Of a stretch of 64,000 nt of DNA, positions 11,340 to 21,800 are shown one piece after another. The stretch spans positions 55,055,990 to 55,119,989 of the forward strand of contig NC_052162.1 in NCBI RefSeq assembly GCF_902713615.1, read 5' to 3'. Positions within the stretch are counted from its first letter, which is position 1; every line of letters begins with the position of its first letter. The stretch comes from Scyliorhinus canicula (lineage: Eukaryota). The notes beneath the pieces are model-generated. The model was not told the DNA's origin, did not search any database, and worked only from the letters and a program-made list of their open reading frames with translations. The translations under genes and the position numbers were made by a program.

Positions 11340-13500
11340 TGTTTATAGTTTACTTTGGACGTTGTCCGTAGTTGTCAAAACCAGTTGACTCGGTATTGAA
11401 ATATCCTCAACTATGGTATTGTCTTCCACGGTCATTTCTGATATTGTTCGGTTCTCAGGAATGTCTAGGTCTTCATTGGGCACAGTTTTAAGCCGAATCT
11501 CGGTTGACTCTGTCTCTGGAAACTGGTTCAAGTGACTAAAAGTTGATCGTGCGTCTGCTGCAACCAACATTGTCCCGAGTTTGAATGATGTAGGAGACCG
11601 GTTCTGTCTGTGCTAAGACAGTGGCAGGTATCCACTTCCGACTGCTGGTGTAGTTCCTTGCCAATACTTCCTGATATTCCTGAAAAATACAGCGTTTAGC
11701 CTTCATCTCATGTCGGAAAACCTGACTTTGCTGTTTCCTCTGAACAATTTCTCTTGTCTTAGGCGACTTCAGCAAATCAAATGCTTGCCATAACTGATGT
11801 TTTACCACGAGTAATACCAGAGAACTTTGGCTTGTCAAATGTGTTGTTTTCCTGTATGTCATCAGGAATTTACTTAATTATTTAGACAATGATCCTTGTT
11901 CATGAGTTACCTTTAATGAATGCTTAATTATTTTACAAACCTTTCAACCAGTCTATTTGTTGCAGGACGATAAGGAGCAGATCAGATGTGCTGGACACTG
12001 TTCCCCTTTAGATAATTTGTGAAATGAACGATGGTCCATTGTCACGAACAAGTTTTTCTGGGTAACCGTATCTCGCAATAATCCTATCCAGTCTTTCTAT
12101 TGTTCTCTCCGAGGACTCATAATGGTGACTTCAGGCCATTTTGAGTGCCGTCTACCACTATGAAAATCATTTATCCTTTGAATGATCCAGCATAATCTAT
12201 ATGAACACTTTGCTGTGGCCCTTCTGGCCATTCCCATGGGTGTAATGGCGTGGCAGATTTTGAAACTTTGCACAAGCCGAACACATGTCCAACCTATTTT
12301 GTTATCAAGCCCTGGCCACCAAAAATAGCTCATGGCTATCTACTTCATCCTTACTCTCCACGATAACCTTCATGAAGTTGGTTTAGGGCATGTTTCTTTA
12401 AAAATGTCAGCATGATGACCCCCCATCCCCAGAGGAGACAACTAGCCTATAGGGTCAGTTGATGTCTTCTGGTAACATAGGGTTTCAATTCTGTGGGTGC
12501 TCCTGCGATCTTGCCAAAACTGACCATGTCCATAACTTCTGACAGTAGTGGATTATTTTGCGTATACTTCTTAACTTGCCCTGCAATTACAGGAATGTTA
12601 TCAACTTCTTCAAAATAGAAAATAGTACCACTTGAACTATTCATTGATGACTCAGTAGGTCGAGGTGATCTAGAGAGACCATCAGCATTCGCATGGAGAT
12701 TTGATTGATGATATTTTGTAGTGTATGCATGTGCTGACAACAGCAAAGCCCATCTCTGCATCCGACTCACTGTTAGAGATGGAATACTGGTGTGCGGTCC
12801 AAGTATAATTGTCAGTGGTCGATGATCCATCAATAATGTAAATGTCGTTCCATAGGTATTGGTAAAAACATTTGATTCAAAAAAAAAATGCCTAAAACTT
12901 CCTTCTCTATGTGTGCATGGTTCAGCATGGTAGCATTGTGGATAGCACAATCGCTTCACAGCTCTGGGGTCCCAGGTTCGATTCCGGCTTGGGTCATTAT
13001 CTGTGCGGAGTCTGCACATCCTCCCCGTGTGTGCGTGGGTTTCCTCCGGGTGCTCCGGTTTCCTCCCACAGTCACAAAGATGTGCAGGTTAGGTGGATTG
13101 GCCATAATAAATTGCCCTTAGTATCCAAAATTGCCCTTAGTGTTGGGTGGGGTTACTGGGTTATGAGAATAGGGTGGAGGAGTTGACCTTGGGTAGGGTG
13201 CTCTTTACAAGAGCCGGTGCAGACTCAATGGGCCGAATGGCCTCCTTCTGCACTGTAAATTCTATGAATCTATGAATTTCTGCTTTGTTCAAGGATCTTG
13301 ATGCAAATACTATTCACTTCTCTTCATCATTGGGCATTATGTGAGAAACCATTGCTCTCACCCCATAAGGTGATGTGTCGCAAGCCAATTGCAAGTGTAA
13401 CTTCAGAGCAAAGTGTGTCAGAATTTCTGACTTTGTTTGTTCCTCTTTAGCTTGTACAAAGGCCTTCTCACACTTTGCTGCCCATTTCCATTTCCTGTTT
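11340..13500 (-). mobile_element. Degenerate Gypsy (Mag-like) pol: RNase H and integrase
   Basis: LACDTSPYGV, DHRPL...RMQRWALLL...HANADGLSR and SYFWWPGLD motifs, with many stops. Confidence 0.85.
12919..13276 (+). mobile_element. HE1-like V-SINE inserted in Gypsy pol
   Basis: Full head, core and (tctatgaa)n tail. Confidence 0.9.
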
Positions 13501-14344
13501 TCACACAATGGGCGAGATCTTCTGCGCAACCCACCGCTTGTTTTTCGATGGCAGGATCTTCTGGTTCTGCATTTGTTAACAGGATTTCCCATTGAATGCA
13601 CACCTCAGTGCCAGGAAACCCGAGGTGGGACTGGAATATCCCTCCGGTGTGAACAGCTGGTAAATTCCACCCAATGGGTTCACATCCCACCCACCCCCGC
13701 ACACATGGGAATTACTCCCACCCCCTCCCAGGTGAAGACACACCATTATGGGGTTGCTGATAGCCCCCCCCCCCACACTTTCAGTGCTCCCGATTCCCCT
13801 TTCAGGCCCCTCCCTATTCAGTACCCCCTCTTAACCCCCCCCCCCCCAAACTTTATGACGCCCCTTCATACCCCCCTCTTCAAATCCCCCCTTTCATGGG
13901 CATGGTCCCCTCAGGCTCCAACACTTGGCCGTGCCACCCTAGAACCCCAGCACTGCCGCCCTAGCACCTTGACAGTGTGACAGTGCTGCCCAAGCAGATC
14001 CAGGCTGGCAGTGCCAAAGGACCCGAGTGCCAGAGGGAGAAACAGGGCGGCTACCCTGCCCTGTTACAGAACACCCACTGGTCTCCAGTGGCCTGGAAAA
14101 CCCACCAGGTGCCATTACACCTGGTCTATGTTTGTATAGACCAGTACTAACCGTCGCCTAGTCCAGGCCTCGCTGGGGCGAGATCCAGATCGCAATGTCT
14201 TGCGAGCTTCGGATGAATCTCACAAGAAGTCTCAAGAGGCGCAAATTGTCACCAGGTCAGGTATGACGAGGCCGGTAAATCATCCCATCGACTATGTAGC
14301 GTGGACTCCTTCTGGTCCGTTTAGAATTTGATCTGTGGCCTCAC

Positions 14345-14600
14345 CCCCTTCTCCTCCGCTCTTCCCTCCCCCCTCCTCCTTCCCCCCACCCCTCCCCCTT
14401 TCCCCCTCCTTTCCCCCTCCCCCTCCTTCCCCCCTCCCCTCCCCCTCCTTCCCCCTCCCCTCCCCTCCCTCCCCTCCCCCCTCTCCCCTCTCCCCTCCCC
14501 CCTCTCCCTCCCCTCCCCCCCCCCCCTTTCCTTCCCCCATCCCTCCCCTCATCCCTCCCCTCCTTCCCTCCCCCCCCTTTCTCCCTTGCTCTCTCCCTCT
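14345..14600. repeat. Near-pure polypyrimidine (C/T) tract
   Basis: About 250 bp of C runs separated by T; G-rich on the - strand. Confidence 0.9.
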
Positions 14601-14602
14601 GT

Positions 14603-14903
14603 GGGCGGCACCTTAGCACAGTGGTTAGCACTGTTGGTTCACAGCTCCAGGGCCAATTCCCGACTTGGGTTACTGTCAGTGTAGAGTCTGCACGTTCTCC
14701 CCGTGTCTGTGTGGGTTTCCTCCGGGTGCTCCGGTTTCCTCCCACAAGTCCCGAAAGACATGCTGTTGGGTGATGTGGACATTCTGAATCCCCCCTCAGT
14801 GCCCCCGAACAGAAGCCGGAGTGTGGTGACTTGGGGCTTTTCACAGTAACTTCACTGCAGTGTTAATGAAAACCTACTTGTGACAATAAAGATAATTATT
14901 ATT
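14603..14903 (+). mobile_element. V-SINE with alternative (att)n tail
   Basis: tRNA head and V core; tail ...cacagtaacttca...gtgacaataaagat(att)n. Confidence 0.8.
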
Positions 14904-15094
14904 GTCCCACTTCTCCACCCTTCCCTCATCTTCCTCCTCTCCTCCCTTCCTTCCACTCATCTCTCAAATCTCATACGATGCCCCATCCCCCCTTTATCTC
15001 TGCTCCCGCCTCCCTATCGCTGCCCCACACCCTCTTCTCCTGTGTGCTTTCACCTTTGCTGCGTTGCTGTCCCTTTAAAAGTGTAACATTTCAT

Positions 15095-15300
15095 TCCCAC
15101 CAATTCGCAGGCCGCCCGTGACAAATAGTCCCCCTCCTCTCTCCCCATTGGCCCGCTGCGTTCCATTTTGAAAAAGGCCCCTCCCATAGCAACTGCGAAT
15201 TAGCAACGCATCCTGGCGGCGCGCTGATTGGCCAGCGCATGAGAGTCTGGAACCAATAGCGGAGAGCTGGTGCCCATGCCGCACTTTTCAAAAATTAGGT
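15095..15300 (+). promoter_or_regulatory. ccnb3: Putative ccnb3 promoter (CCAAT boxes, CHR, E2F/CDE-like site)
   Basis: CCAAT/ATTGG at 15100, 15147, 15227 and 15253; TTTGAA at 15167; TTCAAA at 15287; GGCGGCGCGC at 15215; CpG-enriched; about 500 bp upstream of the first coding exon. Confidence 0.65.
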
Positions 15301-15764
15301 TAGTGGGATTGAAGCAGTGAGAGTGGCAGCTGGCAGCCTGGCACCGGGCTCCTGGCACTGGACAAGCTGCCTTCACCCTCAGAACAGATATCAGCACAGC
15401 CAGGCTGCGTGCTGCAGCCTCTGCGTTCAAGCGCTTTGTGTCTTCAATCAGCAGCACTTCCATAAATTAGGAGGTTCAGCAGAGGTTTGTGAATTGTTTT
15501 AACCCCTTTCCTGCGGTTTGGTTGCATTAGCGAGGATGCATTTGTTGCAAACCTCTTACTGCATGAGGACCCCCTCTGCCCCCCCCCCCCCCCCCAATTT
15601 CCACTTGGACCCAGACTAAATGTTTTCTTTTAGTGCTTCGGCAAATAGCGCTTTCGATCTTCTGCTCCAATTAACCAACGCGTGATTACCTTTTCTGTTT
15701 CCCATTAGTTCCTCTGATCCGGTTATTTTATCCCTCCCCTCCTCTCCAGAGGCTTGTCTAAGCA

Positions 15765-15836
15765 ATGCCGCAACCCACTGAAACAAAAATCTCTCAACGT
15801 GGATCATTCAGAAAGGAGCCCTCTGTGATAGAGAAG
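15765..15836 (+). CDS. ccnb3: ccnb3 coding exon 1 (MPQPTETK...SVIEK)
   Basis: Acceptor ccag at 15749, ATG at 15765, donor gtaagg; poorly conserved N-terminus. Confidence 0.7.
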
Positions 15837-18800
15837 GTAAGGACTGATTAAATTGCTGTGAAGATCCAAGTGAACCAACCCCTTTTGTGTTTGTGTGTTA
15901 GATTATTATAAAATTGTACAACAGGAATTCAAAAACCTTCAGAAAGATTATCCACATTGATGCAGTGGTTTAATGTTGGTGCAAATTCTAATGAGACGCG
16001 GTGAACTGAATAGATGTTTGTGGCATTAGACAAGGGAATCTAAACTGGGAAAATTCGGTGTCATATTGTTGCAATCGTCTCAATAATGTGATACAAAATG
16101 CACGTGAATTGGTCTTCTGTAGTGGGGAAGGTAGGGTTTAAACGGAAGGAAGTCAGTCATGTGGAGTATGTTTACATTTGAAAGTCTGCATTTTGATTTG
16201 ATGACCTAATTGAACCGTGGACAGCACAAGCAAAAATATTGCAGATGCTGGAGATGTGGAATTAAAAACAGAAAACGCTGAAATTGTTCAGGGGATCAGG
16301 CAGCAACTGTATAGAGAAACAAAGTTAACGTTTCAGATTGATGTCATGAACGGTCATCTGCCTGAAATGTTAACTTTGTTTCTCTCTCAGCAGATGCTGA
16401 AATGTTTGCGTATTTCCAGCATTTTCTGTTTATTTTGAATCTTGGGAACCTCAATATGAACCCAAGGAAGCAGACTGCTGTGGACTGAGTCAATGTCAAT
16501 GCAGTCGTATATTTAAAGTAGGACTGTTTTTAAACACTTAATCTAGATTGATTCCTGAATATAAAAGTCAGACTTGAATGTATTAGATATCAGTTACATG
16601 TCGACTACCAGACTTCAAGAGGACAGTCTAAAGCTGACATGGAGTTAGAGATAGTTATGAAAGTCTTTGATTATTAACTGCCGATCAATGTAAAATCTGC
16701 AATAATTGCCTTGTCAGTAGCTAAGCCTTCAATTGTAGCACAGCAGCACCTGTTGCACAGCTCAAACACCTGTCCCCATGCATTATTGTTTTCCAGTGAC
16801 GATGTCTACTTGCAAGATCTACCCTTTTTTGGGGCTGGTTTAGCACAGTGGGCTAAATAGCTGGCTTGCAAAGCAGAACAATGCCAGCAGCGCGGGTTCA
16901 ATTCCCATACCAGCCTCCCTGAACAGACGCCCTGAACAGAATGTGGCAACTAGGGGCTTTTCAGAGTAACTTCATTGAAGTCTACTTGTGACAATAAGTG
17001 ATTATTATAATATTTTTTTAAAAATTGCAGGTTTTAGTCACTTTGCTGAGCTGTCACATTCTTTTTCAAATTCTCAATGGTTTTATATTTTCCTTCCTCC
17101 AAATTAATGGAATATATCTGACCACTAGGCTGGTGAAGCAAAAAACAGCTGCAGGATTGTTCTGATTTTAAGAAGCTTAATGATATTGATAGCATGGTGT
17201 TTTCCCCTCTTCCCAGCATCAGCATTAATGTTTCCTACATTTTCCAGCACGTTGGAGAAATTACTTGTCAGGGCTTAAAAGTTCAAGGTGAGGGGCAGGA
17301 GATTCAGAGGGAATTTGAGGAAAAATTTTTTACCCAGAGAGTGGTGACGGTCTGGAATGCAGTGCCTGGGAGGGTGATAGAGGTGGATTGCCTCACATCC
17401 TTTAAAAAGTACCTGGATGAGCACTTGGCACACCTTAACATTCAAGGCTATGGGCCAAGTGCTGGCAAATGGGATTAGGATTGGCAGACCTTTCATGTGA
17501 CGGTGCAGACTTGATGGGCGGAACGGCCTTTTCTGCACTGTGTTTTTCTGTGATATGCTCTAGCACGCCCAAATAAAAGATTAAATCAATATACCCTGCC
17601 CCAAAGGATTGGGCAGAAAAAACAGCACGCACTGGAACTGAAAAAGGAACCGCAGCAAAATATTCATTTTCACCGACTGTATTCTGCTCACCAAGGATCA
17701 AGGGAGGCTAGTCCACCTTGACCCTGCTCAACAAACCCGAAGTTCAACATTGGAAGGTGAGCCCAATCCCAAGCTCCCTGTATCCCCAGATAGCTAAATT
17801 GGGAACACGTTAAGCCCCCCAGATTGGCTCGTTTCCCCGGTGGAGTGACTGGACGACAACACAAGTTTTTCTCCCAATTCAATCTACACCCTGGAAAAGC
17901 CCCAAAACGCTTCAGCAGTGTCATGATATCACTCATCGTGGATATTGGATCTGTCACTTACAAAAGATCACCGGCGTGCAAGGACACCATACCTTCCAAA
18001 CCATCCCCCTCCTCCCATTATCCCTTCCCACTTATCACAGGGCCTCAGGGAAATTGCCAACGGTTCAATTGCCAATGCAAACAAAGAGGGGCAACGTAGG
18101 GCACCCCTCTCTCATTCTGTGTAACTTAAAAACACCTCAAAAGCCCTGTTGACTTTATCCAGTGCCAACACAAGTCCCTCGCCTGAATCCTGAATCTGGA
18201 CAATCTCTGGAGGCTGCCTGCCACCTCAACTGACAGGTCATGAGCTGACTGGCCAGGGAGGTTCCAAGTGGTGGAAGTGAATATTCTGTCTAAGTTCTTG
18301 TTTGTCTTTCAAGCTCCCCTGATCTTCATACCAAAGGCTTTTTTTTCAGAAAGTGGACACGATCATTTCTGACTTTGTATGGGTGGGGAAGGTGCTGATG
18401 GTGGGGAGGACCTGCTACAGAGGCAGAGAAGGGGGGTGGGGGGTGGGGGGGTGTTGGGGATTGGCTTTGCCGAACTTCATTATTATTGGGTGGTGAATGT
18501 GGACAAGGTGTGGCGGTGGTAGGAAGGAGAAGGGGAAGAGTGGGTTAGGATTGAGGAGGAATCTTGTAAGGGGTCTAGTTTGAGGCCTATGGTGATGGCA
18601 GCGTTGACAATGGCTCTGAGTAGGTATTCAGGGAGCCCGGTGGTGCAGTCCACGGTGAAGATATGGAATCAGTTGAGGAGGCATTTTAGGGTGGAAGGAA
18701 TTTCGGTGCTAACGCCGCTGTGTGTGGGGGGGGGGGGGGGGGGGGGGGGGGTGTGGAGGTGGATAGTGTAGACAGGTGGTGGAGGTGGATAGTGTAGACA

Positions 18801-21800
18801 GGTGGTGGAGAGACATGGGGCTGGTCAAGGTGAGGAATCTGTATTTGGAGAAAGGGTTCGACAATCTGGAGGAGCTAAGGGAGAGGATAGACTTGCTGAG
18901 GGGTAGTGAGTTCAGTAATCTACAGGTTAGGGATTTATGTGAAAGGTCAGGAAAGGGTTACCTTTCACACGCACATGTTTTCGGGTTGTGAAAAATTGGA
19001 AAGATTCTAGGCGGGAGTGTTCGCGGTCTTAGCCAGGATAGCTGAGGAGGAGGTGGACCCGGACCCTTTGGTGGCGATATTTGAGGTCTCGGATAAGCCG
19101 GAACTCATGGGGAGGAGGAAGGCCGATGTCTTGGCCTCTGCGCAGCGGCAAATTTTGCTGGAGTGGGGGTCAGCTCTTGTTCCTGTCTTCTACCCTCTGC
19201 AACTTAGCATCCAGCGAGGCCAACTGATTTCTGTGTTGTGACAGTGTCTCCCCCACCCCCTTCAGCACCTCACCATGTTCCCGCACTATCTCCAAAGTCC
19301 CCTCCAAAGCCTTCAAGACTAATGCATCATCTGTCTTTTTTTAAGGGTCCTCACCATTTCTCCCCCTTGCCTCTCTGTGCTTGCTGAACTGTCTTTCAAA
19401 TTCAACAGCCATTACCTCTGTCAGCTTGTCCAGTGTAATAGATGTTTCCCCACCCAGAGCTTGCCTTTGCCATCTTCAATGCAGCAGGACTCTGCACCTT
19501 GCTCCGCACCTTACGCAGAGAGGTTACTGCTCATGCCTTTTATTTCCAATACTCTTCCTTTTTTCTTGTGACATTGTGGTGATCCACCATTGTGTATATA
19601 TATGTGTGTGTGTGTGCCTCTATTAGGGGATGTACAATAGTACCTGCTATTACAGGTTTGCTGGTAAGCCCCTGCCGGCTAGCTCCGCCCACGGGGAGCA
19701 GTATAAATATTCATAAGCACTCCTGAGCTGCCATTCTACAGCTGCAGTGGAGGGAATAACATCTCACGGTAATTGTTGGAACCAACAATTCTACGGACAT
19801 GTGCTTGTAGGATTAGAATAGCGGTTTTAATATACTTACAACAGAGCCAGCCTGTTGGTCGTTGAACTTTCGGTGAACTGGCCGGCTGACCCTGTGGCAC
19901 TGATCTTTATACAGCAGCTCCCGGGGGAGGTGTCCTGGGCAGAGCCAAGGGAGAAGCCCAGTATAACTCTCGAGTATTCCCAGAGCTACTCCGGTACTGG
20001 GGGTTAGAATGGAGGAGGTGCACCTTTTCAACAAGGGGGTCAGTTTTGTGGCCCCTGATGTGCTTCCTCAGGAGGACCGGGCCTGGTGTCCTCAGCCAAG
20101 CCGGAAGTGAGACTCCCGTGGTAGTGCCCCTAGAAAAAATGAAGAGTCGCTCGTGAGGGGTTTGATTTGTAGCTGTACAGAGGAGGGATCTGATTGCGTG
20201 GAGCGCGTCTGGGAGGACTTCTTGCCATTGGGAGACTTGGAGTTTACTAGACCGGAGGGTCAGCAGGACGGTCTTCCAGACCATCGCGTTCTCCCTCTCC
20301 ACCTGCCCGTTTCCCCCTGGGGCTGTAGCTGGTAGTCCTGCTCGAGGCGATGCCCTTGTCGAGCAGGTACTGACGCAGCTCGTCGCTCATAAAGGACGAA
20401 CCCTGTTCACGTAGCTGGGGAAACCGAACAGGGTGACGACACTATGCAGGGCCCTAATGACTGTGTGGGAGGTCATATCAGGGCATGGAATGGCAAAAGG
20501 GAATTGGGAGAACTCGTCGATGATGTTGAGGAAATAAATGTTCTTGTTAGTGGAGGGGAGTGGCCCTTTGAAATCGATCGCAAGGCATTCAAAGGGCCTA
20601 GAAGCCTTGATCAGGTGGGCCCTGTCTGGTCTATAGAAGTGCGGTTTGCACTCTGCACAGATTGAGCAGTCCCTGGTGACCGCTTTTACCTCCTCGTTGG
20701 AGAAAGGGAGGTTTCGGGTTCTGATGTAGTGGGCGAGCCGGGTGACCCCTGGATGGCAGAGGTCGTAGTGGGCGAGTCGGGTGACCCCTGGATGGCAGAG
20801 GTCAACGTGGATGGCTTTCAGACGGCTGATCTGTGCGCTGGCGCATGTCCCGCGCGATAGGGCATCCGAGGGCTCGTTGAGCTTCCCCGGTCGATATTTA
20901 ATATCGTAACTATATAGGTGGAGAGTTCGATCCTCCACCGAAGGATTTTATCATTTTTTATTTTGCCCCTTTGCAAGTTGTCAAACATAAAGGCAACCGA
21001 TCGTTAGTCGGTGATGAGGGTGAACCTCTTACCTGTGAGGTACTGCCTCCAGTGACGAACAGCCTCCACGATGGCTTGTGCTTCCTTCTCGACTGAGGAG
21101 TGTCGGAGTTCTGAAGCGGATAGGGTATGGGAGAAAAATGCAACGGGCCTCCCTGCCTGATTTAAAGTGGCTGCTAGAGCTACCTCTGAGGCGTCGCTCT
21201 CAACCTGAAAGGGAGTGGATTCATCCACCGCCCGCATGGCTGCTTTGGCGATGACCTCCTTGATGCAGCTGAAGGCCTGGCGCGCCTCAGCTGACAGGGG
21301 AAATCGTGTGGCCTTAAAGAGTGGGCGGGCTTTGTCCGCATATTGAGGGACCCACTGGGTGTCGTATGAGAAGAACCCCAAGCACCGTTTGAGGGCCTTC
21401 GGGCAATGAGGGAGGGGGAGTTCTAAGCATGCGGTCCGGGTCTGGGCCCAGGACTCCGTTCTCCACGACGTAGCCGAGGATGGCCAGTCTGTTTGTGCGG
21501 AAAACGCATTTCTCCTTGTTAAAAGCGAGATTTAATTTCTGTGCCGTTTGGAGAAAATGGTGGAGGTTGGCGTCATGTGCCTGCTGGTCATAGCCGCAGA
21601 TGGTAACATTGTCCAGATACGGAAACGTGGCCCGCAGCCGTACTGGTCTACCATTCGGTCCATTGCTCGTTGGAACACCGAAACCCCATTAGTGATGCCG
21701 AAAGGGACCCGGAGGAAATGGAAGAGGCGGCCATCGGCCTCGAATGCCGTGTAGTGGCGGTCCTCCGGGCGGATTGGGAGCTGGTGGTATGCAGACTTCA

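Noticed and set aside
14292-14844. Pro-rich and Gly-rich ORFs
   Set aside because: Artefacts of the low-complexity C/T tract and the adjacent SINE.
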